Part shown: positions 42,156 through 49,975 of the stretch, piece by piece | How the letters are laid out: the number at the start of each line of letters is the position of its first letter | Position numbering within the stretch: position 1 is the first letter of the stretch | From: Streptosporangiaceae bacterium | GTDB taxonomy: Bacteria > Actinomycetota > Actinomycetes > Streptosporangiales > Streptosporangiaceae | Direction of reading: 5' to 3' | DNA: 64,000 nucleotides | Assembly: GCA_036267555.1 (NCBI GenBank) | Contig: DATAVV010000383.1 | Span: 5,443-69,442 of the forward strand | Notes under the pieces: model-generated | Told to the model about the DNA's origin: nothing | Seen by the model: only the letters and a program-made list of their open reading frames with translations | The model's database searches: none | Program-made: the position numbers and the translations under genes

Positions 42156-42808
42156 CGATCGGCGTCGTGGTCGCCGACGACCAGGCCATCGTGCGGGCCG
42201 GGTTCCGGCTGCTGATCGGCTCCGAGCCGGACCTGGCGGTGCTGGGCGTGGCCGCGAACGGCGCGGAGGCGGTCAAGGTCGCCGGCCAGACCACCCCGGA
42301 CGTGGTGCTGATGGACATCCGCATGCCGGTGCTGGACGGCATCGAGGCCACCCGCCGGATCACGGCGTCCGGGCCGCCGCCCCGGGTCCTGATCCTGACC
42401 ACGTTCGACCTCGACGAGTATGTATTCGGCGCGCTGCGGGCCGGGGCGAGCGGGTTCATGCTCAAGGAGCGCCCGCCCGAGGAACTGCTGTCAGCCATCC
42501 GGGTCATCGCGGCCGGCGAGGCCCTGCTCGCGCCGAACATCACCCAGCGGCTGATCGCGCACTTCGCGCGGCAGCCGGACCCGATGCGGCCGCTGCCGCG
42601 TTCGATGGCCCAGTTGACGGCGCGCGAGCGCGAGGTGCTCGTGCTGATCGCCAACGGGTTGTCCAACACCGAGATCGCCGGACGGCTGACGATGAGCGTG
42701 CCCACGGCCAAGACGCACGTCAGCCGGATCCTGGCCAAGCTCGCGGCCCGGGACCGGGCCCAGCTTGTCGTGCTCGCCTACCAGGCCGGCCTGGTGACCC
42801 CGGGCTAG
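42152..42808 (+). CDS. NarL/LuxR-family response regulator
   Basis: VVVADDQAIVRAGF and DVVLMDIRMPVLDG form the receiver domain. LTAREREVLVLIANGLSNTEIAGRL is the LuxR HTH. Confidence 0.9.
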   Translation: MTIGVVVADDQAIVRAGFRLLIGSEPDLAVLGVAANGAEAVKVAGQTTPDVVLMDIRMPVLDGIEATRRITASGPPPRVLILTTFDLDEYVFGALRAGASGFMLKERPPEELLSAIRVIAAGEALLAPNITQRLIAHFARQPDPMRPLPRSMAQLTAREREVLVLIANGLSNTEIAGRLTMSVPTAKTHVSRILAKLAARDRAQLVVLAYQAGLVTPG

Positions 42809-42816
42809 CAGGCGGG

Positions 42817-42834
42817 CTACATCCCAGGTTGCAG
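42817..42834. promoter_or_regulatory. 18-bp near-palindrome CTACATCC-CA-GGTTGCAG (copy 2 of 2)
   Basis: It lies 9 nt after the response-regulator stop and ~110 nt upstream of ORF 42942. Confidence 0.3.
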
Positions 42835-42941
42835 GCCGTGGCCGCCGGTAACGCCGTGGCCGCAGGCGAACCCGATCCGCCAGGCCGACGACGCGCGGCG
42901 CCGCGCTGGCCACCATGGACTGATGCGGGCGGGGCGCTGAC

Positions 42942-43304
42942 ATGGCCGGGCTGAGGGCGGCAGCCGCCGCCGTGGCGGACGGCATCGCGGCGCTGCAGGA
43001 CCTGACCCTCGGCCCTGGTGACGAGCTGGAGAGCCCGGCCGACGTGCGGGATGTGCTCGCCAGCCTGGCCCAGGCCATGGCCCAGATGCCGCAGATGCTC
43101 GGCCAGCTCGCGGTGTTCGTCGAGATCGAGCACGTCAAGGGCGGGGTCGCGGACTGGCCCGACACCGAAGCGGCCGGGCACGTGCGGGCCGTCAGCCAGG
43201 CCCTGCACCGGGCCGGCCTGGACGCCGAGACCATGGCCGCGGCGCTGGGCGCGGCCATGCAGGCCTGCGCCAGCCTCAGGGCGTCCGCCCCGCGCGGCGG
43301 CTGA
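42942..43304 (+). CDS. Hypothetical protein (120 aa, helical, acidic)
   Basis: The ORF has coding-like composition. I recognise no family. Confidence 0.4.
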   Translation: MAGLRAAAAAVADGIAALQDLTLGPGDELESPADVRDVLASLAQAMAQMPQMLGQLAVFVEIEHVKGGVADWPDTEAAGHVRAVSQALHRAGLDAETMAAALGAAMQACASLRASAPRGG

Positions 43305-43551
43305 ACCCCGGCCGGGGCCAGGCCGGGGACGCCAGATCGTCCCGGGCGCCAGGAAAATGGTGAAACGCCGGTACTGATCGACCCGGTGAAATGGCATCAA
43401 CCCCTATTCCGCGTTAAAAATGAATAAACAGGGGAGCAATTCGGACAGCTTGTTTTTCATGTATCTGCCGGGCCCTAAAATCCTCTTCCTGTAAGGCGGC
43501 CGCAGAAGGGCTGCCGAGCCATTCATCACGGTAAGAAGAAGGAGATGGAGC

Positions 43552-44646
43552 ATGCCAATTCAGGTTAGTTCCGAGTCCGGAAGCACCTCCCGGCGGCCGA
43601 GACTTCGGGCCGTCCGCGTGACCGCGGCGGCCGCGGTGGCGGCGGCGGCCGTGGCGATGGTGGCCGGCGCGGCGGGCCCGGCGCTCGCCACGCCGGCGGG
43701 CCCGGTGCCGTCGGTGGTGACCGGTCACGTCGCCGCTCAGCCGTCCATCAAGGGGGGCGTGAGCGCCGCCGCCAGGTTCTGGACCCGCGGCCGGATGCTC
43801 TCGGCCCGCAGCGCCCAGGCGATCGTGGCCAAGCGGGGCGCGCAGGTCCCGAACTTCTCGCGGCCGACCGGCAAGGCGGGCAAGGTCGCCGCGGCCCTGC
43901 CCGCGCAGGCGGCAAGGTCCGGAAAGAGCGCGATCCGTCCCGACACCGGGCCGATCGGCGCTCCCTGGCCCGGCAACCCCAACCTGCCCCCGGCCACCAC
44001 CACCGGCCGGGTGTTCTTCACGACCAACGGCGGCCGTGAATCCTGGAGTTGCTCGGCCAGCCTGGTGAACAGCGCGGCGAAGAACGAGGTGTTCACCGCC
44101 GGGCACTGCGTCTACGGGAACCTCGGTGGCGAGGCGCCGGGCGAGGGATGGCACTCGAACTGGGTGTTCGTCCCTGGCTACCACAACGGCACCGCCCCTC
44201 ACGGCGTCTGGACGGCACGGCAGTTGTGGACGCTGACCGCCTACGTCCAGACTCAGTCGGAGAGCTACGACATGGGCGCCGTGGTCCTCAACCCCAACGC
44301 CAACGGGCAGCAGGCCGTCAACCTCCTCGGCGGGCAGGGACTCGCCTGGAACTGGTCGGCCAGCCAGTACGTGTATTCCTTCGGCTACCCGGCCGCTCCG
44401 CCCTTCAACGGGAGCGTGCTGGACTACTGCAGCGGCTATGAGTTCAACTGGCCGTACTACGCCAGCACAATGGGCCTGAACTGCAACTTCACCCCGGGCT
44501 CCAGCGGCGGGCCGTGGCTGGCCTTCTTCAACGGTGAATACGGCTACGTCAACGGCGTGAACGCCTTCAGCTACACGTCGATCCCCGGGTACATTTTCTC
44601 GCCGTACTTCGGCACCGACGCCTACGACCTCTACCTCGCGGCCTAG
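43552..44646 (+). CDS. Secreted trypsin-like (S1 family) serine protease
   Basis: GAAGGAG RBS. The signal-like N-terminus is AAAAVAAAAVAMVAGAAGPALA. The catalytic triad contexts are TAGHCV (His), YDMGAVVL (Asp) and TPGSSGGPWL (Ser). The upstream 170 nt are AT-rich. Confidence 0.88.
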   Translation: MPIQVSSESGSTSRRPRLRAVRVTAAAAVAAAAVAMVAGAAGPALATPAGPVPSVVTGHVAAQPSIKGGVSAAARFWTRGRMLSARSAQAIVAKRGAQVPNFSRPTGKAGKVAAALPAQAARSGKSAIRPDTGPIGAPWPGNPNLPPATTTGRVFFTTNGGRESWSCSASLVNSAAKNEVFTAGHCVYGNLGGEAPGEGWHSNWVFVPGYHNGTAPHGVWTARQLWTLTAYVQTQSESYDMGAVVLNPNANGQQAVNLLGGQGLAWNWSASQYVYSFGYPAAPPFNGSVLDYCSGYEFNWPYYASTMGLNCNFTPGSSGGPWLAFFNGEYGYVNGVNAFSYTSIPGYIFSPYFGTDAYDLYLAA

Positions 44647-44662
44647 GCGCCATTACGCAAAA

Positions 44663-44703
44663 CGTCTGGGTGCACGAGGCTCCTATGCTCGTGCACCCAG
44701 ACG
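44663..44703. terminator. Strong hairpin terminator
   Basis: CGTCTGGGTGCACGAG-9 nt-CTCGTGCACCCAGACG forms a perfect 16-bp stem, followed by GTTCTGTGTTTCC. It lies between the protease stop and a convergent mini-ORF. Confidence 0.8.
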
Positions 44704-44730
44704 GTTCTGTGTTTCCTGAAGGTGTGCCGG

Positions 44731-44802
44731 TCACCTGCGCAACAGCATGACGATGAGCACGATGATGACGATCACGACTATGGTCCCGATGCCGATGTAA
44801 AT
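44731..44802 (-). CDS. Candidate 23-aa hydrophobic mini-protein with non-canonical ATT start
   Basis: A perfect GAAGGAGG SD (44811-44818) lies 8 nt upstream of ATT. The frame reads IYIGIGTIVVIVIIVLIVMLLRR then TGA. There is no in-frame ATG/GTG/TTG before codon 10. Confidence 0.35.
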   Translation of the reverse strand: MYIGIGTIVVIVIIVLIVMLLRR

Positions 44803-44868
44803 GGCTCTGCCCTCCTTCGAAGTTCCGCCCGCCTTAGCTGTCCGGGTTGGCTGGCTTTAAACATGGCG

Positions 44869-45183
44869 TCACGCGGGGATGCGGGCGGGCGCGGTCTGTG
44901 CCGCCCGCCGGGCCGCGCGCATCCGGGCCTTGGCCTCGCGCTGGCGCAACCGCCGCCGCTCCTCCTCGTTCAGCCCGCCCCAGATGCCCTCCAGTGGCCC
45001 GGCGTCCAGCGCGTACCGCAGGCAGTCGGTCCGCACCGGGCAGCGGGCGCACACGGCCTTCGCCCCGGAGACCTGCCTGAGGGCGGGCCCCGACGCGGTG
45101 ATGGGGAAGAAGAGGTCAGGATCGGCATACTGGCAGGCGGCGTAGGACCACCACTCAGCCTGGTTCGGTGCAGTAGTCGTCAT
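44869..45183 (-). CDS. WhiB-family transcriptional regulator (Wbl)
   Basis: The Cys pattern is C..(29)..CARCPVRTDC. The GIWGG turn is present. The C-terminal tail is basic. Confidence 0.9.
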   Translation of the reverse strand: MTTTAPNQAEWWSYAACQYADPDLFFPITASGPALRQVSGAKAVCARCPVRTDCLRYALDAGPLEGIWGGLNEEERRRLRQREAKARMRAARRAAQTAPARIPA

Positions 45184-45293
45184 GTGAGCCTCGGTTTGCT
45201 CGCGTCCGGCTGGCCATCGCGGCTGGCTGTCGCAGCCGTGAGCGATCTGACTTCCCAGATCGGCCCGGCCTATTCCTGCCGGGGCCAGCCTGT

Positions 45294-46073
45294 TTACCGG
45301 CGCCCGCGGCTCCACTGCGGCTTGCGCTTCTCCAGGAACGCGTGCATTCCCTCGCGGGCGTCTGGCAACTGGCTGGTCGCGGCCATGACCTCGATCGCGT
45401 AGGCGTACGCCTTGGGCTGGTCCAGGTCGACCTGCGTGTAGAGGGCCTGCTTGCCGATGCCCTTGCTGGCCGCGGACCCGAGCGTGACGCGCTCGAGCAG
45501 GTCCTCGGTGGCCGCGTCGAGCTGGTCGGCCGGGACGACCCGGTTGACCAGTCCCCAGTCCAGCGCGGTGCGGGCGTCGATCGTCTCGCCCGACATGGCC
45601 ATCTCCGCGGCCCGCTTGCGGCCGACGTTGCGCGCGACCGCCACCATGGGCGTGTGGCAGAACCAGCCGCCCTTGCCTCCCGGGGCGGCGAAGCCCGCGT
45701 TCTCGCTGGCCACGGCGAGGTCGGCGGTCGCGACGAGCTGGCAGCCAGCGGCCGTGGCCAGCCCGTGCACGCGCGCCACCACCGGCTGCGGCACCTGCTG
45801 CATGAGCGTCATCAGCTCGGTGCAGGTCGTCAGCAGCGACCGGACCGCGGGCAGGTCGGCGTCGGCCACGTCGGCGAAGTCGTGCCCAGCGCTGAACACC
45901 GGGCCGTTGCCGGCCAGGACGATGCCCAGCGCGTCGCCGTCGCCCACCTCGCGGAACGCCGCGATCAGCTCGCGCATGTGCGGCAGCGACAGGGCGTTGC
46001 GCCGCTGCGGGCGGTTCATCGTGATCGTGGCGAACGCACCCGACCGCTCGACCAGGATGTGCTCGAAGTCCAT
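45294..46073 (-). CDS. Enoyl-CoA hydratase/isomerase family protein
   Basis: ATG 46073 follows a GGAGGGGG RBS. ITMNRPQRRNALS and GNGPVFSAGHDF motifs are present. Confidence 0.88.
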   Translation of the reverse strand: MDFEHILVERSGAFATITMNRPQRRNALSLPHMRELIAAFREVGDGDALGIVLAGNGPVFSAGHDFADVADADLPAVRSLLTTCTELMTLMQQVPQPVVARVHGLATAAGCQLVATADLAVASENAGFAAPGGKGGWFCHTPMVAVARNVGRKRAAEMAMSGETIDARTALDWGLVNRVVPADQLDAATEDLLERVTLGSAASKGIGKQALYTQVDLDQPKAYAYAIEVMAATSQLPDAREGMHAFLEKRKPQWSRGRR

Positions 46074-46105
46074 GGCCCCCTCCTGCCTGCTCCCTTGACC
46101 GCAGC

Positions 46106-46720
46106 CTACGCGCCGGGCGCCGGGTCGCCCGTCCGGGCCGCCCGGCGCTTCGCCCACCGGTTGACAAGCAGGATCACCGCGGTGGCCGCGGTGCGCAGCA
46201 GTCCCGCGCGGCGGGACAGCACGTCCGAGTCGGCCGTCAGCAGGCCCCGGCGCCGCCCGAGGTCGAGCGTGGCCTGCGTGGCCAGGCTGGCCACCAGCAG
46301 GTTCAGGGCGAAGATGCCGACGGCCAGCGGGTTGCTGGCGTACTGGCCGAGCAGGGCGCTGGTGAACGGCATGATCGTGATCGTGAACAGGAAGGCGAAG
46401 TTCCACCAGGCCAGGCCCTCCTGCTGGCCGCTGAGCTGGCGGAACACCCGGTGGTGGATGAGCCAGAAATGGGCGATCACATAAAACGAGATCACGTAGC
46501 TGATGAGCTGGTCGGCATCGTGGCCGAGCTGCGCGGCGAGGTCGGAGGCCGACTGCGGGTTGGCGAGCTTGGACGGCACCGTGAGCTGCAGGACCAGCAG
46601 CGTGAGCGCGATCGCTACCACGCCGTCGGACAAGGTGAGCAGGCGGTCCACGCTCGGCAGGTCGTCGCGCTTGGCCGCGGCGGCGTCGGAGCCCCCGGCC
46701 GGGGCTGGTTCGGTGGACAT
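46106..46720 (-). CDS. TMEM175/DUF1211-family membrane protein (putative K+ channel)
   Basis: The signature RLLTLSDGVVAIALTLLVLQL is present, with six hydrophobic helices. Confidence 0.8.
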   Translation of the reverse strand: MSTEPAPAGGSDAAAAKRDDLPSVDRLLTLSDGVVAIALTLLVLQLTVPSKLANPQSASDLAAQLGHDADQLISYVISFYVIAHFWLIHHRVFRQLSGQQEGLAWWNFAFLFTITIMPFTSALLGQYASNPLAVGIFALNLLVASLATQATLDLGRRRGLLTADSDVLSRRAGLLRTAATAVILLVNRWAKRRAARTGDPAPGA

Positions 46721-46830
46721 CGCAGCCTAGCTTGGCTGACCCGCGCGGGCGCCCCGGCTGAGCCCTTGGCTACCTTGCGGTAACTTTGGGGGCGCCGCTC
46801 TGCGTCCCGCGGCCGGCGATAGGAGGTCCC

Positions 46831-48204
46831 GTGGCCGACATGCGATCGCTGCTCGCCGGAGCCGTGGGGGAGGAGCACGTGCTGGCCGCGGGCGACTTCC
46901 CGCCGGATTACGGCCACGACGAGACCCTCACCGTCCCGGCCGGCGAGCCGGCGTTCGTGGTCCGGCCCGGCGCGACCGCCGAGGTGGCCGCGGTGCTGCG
47001 GATCGCCGTCGAGTACGGGCTCGCGGTGACCGCGCGCGGCTCGGGCACGGGCATGTCGGGGGCGGCGATTCCCCGCGACGGCGCCCTGGTGCTGTCGTTC
47101 GAGCGGATGAACCAGGTGCTGGAGGTCGACGCCGCGAACAACACCGCGACCGTGCAGCCGGGCGTGACCCTGGCCCAGCTGGACGAGGCCGCGGCCGCCC
47201 ACGGCCTGTTCTACCCGGTGTACCCGGGCGAGATGAGCGCCAGCGTGGGCGGCACGATCGGCACCAACGCGGGCGGGATGCGGGCGGCCAAGTACGGCGT
47301 CACCCGCCACCACGTACTCGGGATCGAGGCCGTCCTGGCCTCGGGCGAGGTGCTGCGCACCGGCGGGAAGTACACCAAGAACAGCACCGGCTATGACCTG
47401 ACCCAGCTGATCATCGGCTCCGAGGGCACCCTGGCCCTGGCGACCGAGGCGGTGGTCCGGCTCTACCCGCGGCTGCCGCACCAGGCCACCATGCTGGCCC
47501 CGTTCGCGTCGCTGGAGGAGGTCACCACCGCCGTGCCGCGCATCGTGGCCAGCGGGGTCGGGCCGCTGATCCTCGAGTACATCGACCTGGTCACGATGGC
47601 GGCGATCACCGCGAACGACGACCTCGACCTCGGGATCCCGGCGACGGTCCGCGAGAGCGCGCTGGCCTACCTGGTCGTGGTGCTGGAGGAGCGCAGCCAG
47701 GACCGCCTGGACGCCACGGTGGAGGAGGTGGGGCAGCAACTCGGCGAACTCGGCGCGGCCGACGTCTATGTGCTGCCCGGCCCGGCCGCGCGCCGCCTCA
47801 TCGAGGCGCGCGAGAAGGCGTTCTTCGCGGCCAAGGCGGCCGGGGCCGACGACATCGTGGACACGGTCGTGCCGCGGGCGGCCATGGCCGCGTTCCTGGC
47901 CGACGTCACCCAGATCGCCGGCGACCACGGCGGGCTGGCCGTCGGCTGCGGGCACGCGGGCGACGGCAACGTGCACCTGGCCGTGTTCCAGCCCGACCCG
48001 GCCGCGCGCACCGAACTGCTGCGCGGCATCTTCGCCGCCGCCGTGGCCCGGGGCGGCGCGATCAGCGGTGAGCACGGCATCGGCCTCGCGAAGAAGCGCT
48101 ACTTCCTCGAGCTGGCCGATCCGGTGGCGGTCGGCCTCATGCGCGGCGTGAAGCAGGTGTTCGACCCCAAGGGCATCCTGAACCCGGGTGTCCTGTTCGA
48201 CTGA
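46831..48204 (+). CDS. FAD-binding oxidase (GlcD-like), second copy in window
   Basis: GTG 46831 lies 4 nt after an AGGAGG RBS. VTARGSGTGMSGAA and GEHGIGLAKK motifs are present. Confidence 0.88.
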   Translation: MADMRSLLAGAVGEEHVLAAGDFPPDYGHDETLTVPAGEPAFVVRPGATAEVAAVLRIAVEYGLAVTARGSGTGMSGAAIPRDGALVLSFERMNQVLEVDAANNTATVQPGVTLAQLDEAAAAHGLFYPVYPGEMSASVGGTIGTNAGGMRAAKYGVTRHHVLGIEAVLASGEVLRTGGKYTKNSTGYDLTQLIIGSEGTLALATEAVVRLYPRLPHQATMLAPFASLEEVTTAVPRIVASGVGPLILEYIDLVTMAAITANDDLDLGIPATVRESALAYLVVVLEERSQDRLDATVEEVGQQLGELGAADVYVLPGPAARRLIEAREKAFFAAKAAGADDIVDTVVPRAAMAAFLADVTQIAGDHGGLAVGCGHAGDGNVHLAVFQPDPAARTELLRGIFAAAVARGGAISGEHGIGLAKKRYFLELADPVAVGLMRGVKQVFDPKGILNPGVLFD

Positions 48205-48259
48205 CCCAAGGGCATCCTGGGCTCAGGCGTCCGGTTCGACCGACCCGCGGGAGGGACCC

Positions 48260-49810
48260 ATGAACGGCGCGCAGGCTCTGATCCGCACCCTGGCCGGCTG
48301 CGGCGTGAACGTGTGCTACAGCAACCCCGGGACCTCGGAGATGCACTTCGTCGCGGCCCTGGACACCGTGCCCGAGATGCGCGGGGTGCTGTGCCTGTTC
48401 GAGGGGGTGGCGACCGGCGCCGCCGACGGTCACGGCCGGATGACCGGCCACCCGGCCGCGGCCCTGCTGCACCTGGGCCCCGGACTGGCTAACGGCCTGG
48501 CCAACCTGCACAACGCCCGCCGGGCCGCCACCCCGCTGCTCACCGTGGTGGGTGACCACGCCACTCACCACAAGCGCCTCGACGCACCGCTGGAGTCGGA
48601 CATCGACGCCCTGGCCGGCTCGGTGTCGGTCTGGGTCCGCCGGTCGGCGCGCAGCGCGGACGTGGCTGCGGACGCCGCCGAGGGGGTGGCCGCGGCCCTG
48701 GACCCGCCCGGCGGGGTGGCCACGCTCATCCTCCCGGCCGACGTGTCCTGGTCCGAGCCCGCCGAGCCCGCTGCGGCGCTTCCGGTGCGGGCGCCCGCGG
48801 CGGTTCCCGGTGACGTCGTCGGCACCGCCGCGGCCGCGCTGCGCAGCGGCGAGCCGTGCGTGATCCTGCTCGGCGGCGCGGCCACCCGGCGGGCCGGCCT
48901 GGAAGCGGCCAGCCGGATCGCGCAGGCCGCCGGGGCCCGGCTGCTGTGCGAGACGTTCCCGGCCCGTATCGAGCGCGGCGCGGGCATCCCCGCCGTCGAC
49001 CGGCTGGCCTACCTGGCCGAGTTCGCCACCGCGCAGCTCGCGAGCCCGCGGCACCTGATCCTGGCCGGGGCGCGGGCGCCGGTCTCGTTCTTCGCCTACC
49101 CGGGCCAGCCCAGCTCGCTTGCCACGGACGACACCCAAGTGCACCGGCTCGCCGACGGCCGCGACGACGCGGCCGCGGCCCTGGCCGCCCTGGCCGATCT
49201 CGTCGCCCCCGACGCCAAGCCGGCACCGGCCGAGCCTTCCCGCCCCGGCCTGCCCGATGGCGACCTCACCGGGGACAAGGCCGCGGCGGTCATCGGCGCG
49301 CTGCTGCCCGAGGGCGCGATCGTCTCCGACGAGGCCAACACGTCCGGGCTGTGGCTGCCCGGCGCGACCGCGGGAGCGCCCCCGCACGACTGGCTCACGC
49401 TCACCGGCGGCGCCATCGGCCAGGGGCTGCCGGTGGCCACCGGCGCCGCGGTCGCCTGCCCGGGGCGCCCGGTCCTCGCGCTGGAAGCCGACGGCAGCGC
49501 CATGTACACGCTGTCCGCGCTGTGGACGCAGGCCCGCGAGGGGCTGGACGTCACCACGGTCATCTTCAACAACAACTCGTACGCGGTCCTGCGCATGGAA
49601 CTGCAGCGGGTCGGCGCGCAGGCGTCCGGGGACGCGGCCAAGAGCCTGCTCGACCTGTCCCGGCCCGACCTGGACTTCGTTTCCCTGGCCACCGGGATGG
49701 GCGTCCCGGCCAGCCGGGCCACGACCGCGGAAGAACTCGCGGCCCAGCTCGGCCGGGCGCTGGCCGAGCCTGGCCCGCATCTCATCGAGGCCGTGGTCCC
49801 GTCCATGTGA
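48260..49810 (+). CDS. Thiamine-diphosphate-dependent enzyme (acetolactate-synthase large-subunit-like)
   Basis: GGGAGGGA RBS. GVNVCYSNPGTSEMHF is the N-terminal Pyr-domain motif. GAIGQGLPVATGAA..EADGSAMYT..NNNSY is the TPP motif. Confidence 0.88.
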   Translation: MNGAQALIRTLAGCGVNVCYSNPGTSEMHFVAALDTVPEMRGVLCLFEGVATGAADGHGRMTGHPAAALLHLGPGLANGLANLHNARRAATPLLTVVGDHATHHKRLDAPLESDIDALAGSVSVWVRRSARSADVAADAAEGVAAALDPPGGVATLILPADVSWSEPAEPAAALPVRAPAAVPGDVVGTAAAALRSGEPCVILLGGAATRRAGLEAASRIAQAAGARLLCETFPARIERGAGIPAVDRLAYLAEFATAQLASPRHLILAGARAPVSFFAYPGQPSSLATDDTQVHRLADGRDDAAAALAALADLVAPDAKPAPAEPSRPGLPDGDLTGDKAAAVIGALLPEGAIVSDEANTSGLWLPGATAGAPPHDWLTLTGGAIGQGLPVATGAAVACPGRPVLALEADGSAMYTLSALWTQAREGLDVTTVIFNNNSYAVLRMELQRVGAQASGDAAKSLLDLSRPDLDFVSLATGMGVPASRATTAEELAAQLGRALAEPGPHLIEAVVPSM

Positions 49811-49829
49811 CCGAGCCCGGCGTGGCCTG

Positions 49830-49934
49830 GCTTTGAGAGGCGGCCGGCTGGGCCGGAGGGGCGTGCGGCGCCGGGCGGCCGCTTTGAGTGGAGTCGGCCG
49901 GCTGGGCCGGAGGGGCGTGCGGCGTCGGGCGGCC
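49830..49934. repeat. Two tandem 51/54-bp direct repeats in a convergent intergenic region
   Basis: Copy 1 is GCTTTGAGAGGCGGCCGGCTGGGCCGGAGGGGCGTGCGGCGCCGGGCGGCC. Copy 2 is GCTTTGAGTGGAGTCGGCCGGCTGGGCCGGAGGGGCGTGCGGCGTCGGGCGGCC. Confidence 0.85.
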
Positions 49935-49972
49935 GTGGGGGGCGGCCCTGGGCGGGCCGCCCGGCGCCGCAC
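49917..49972. terminator. 18-bp-stem hairpin formed by the end of repeat copy 2 and an inverted partial third copy
   Basis: GTGCGGCGTCGGGCGGCC-20 nt-GGCCGCCCGGCGCCGCAC, with one G-U/T pair. It lies between stops at 49810 (+) and 49976 (-). Confidence 0.65.
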
Positions 49973-49975
49973 GGT

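Noticed and set aside
45342-49972. Long alternative-strand ORFs (380 aa +, 486 aa -, 611 aa -, 326 aa +, 344 aa -)
   Set aside because: All overlap motif-supported genes (enoyl-CoA hydratase, TMEM175, FAD oxidase, TPP enzyme) and have shadow-ORF composition.
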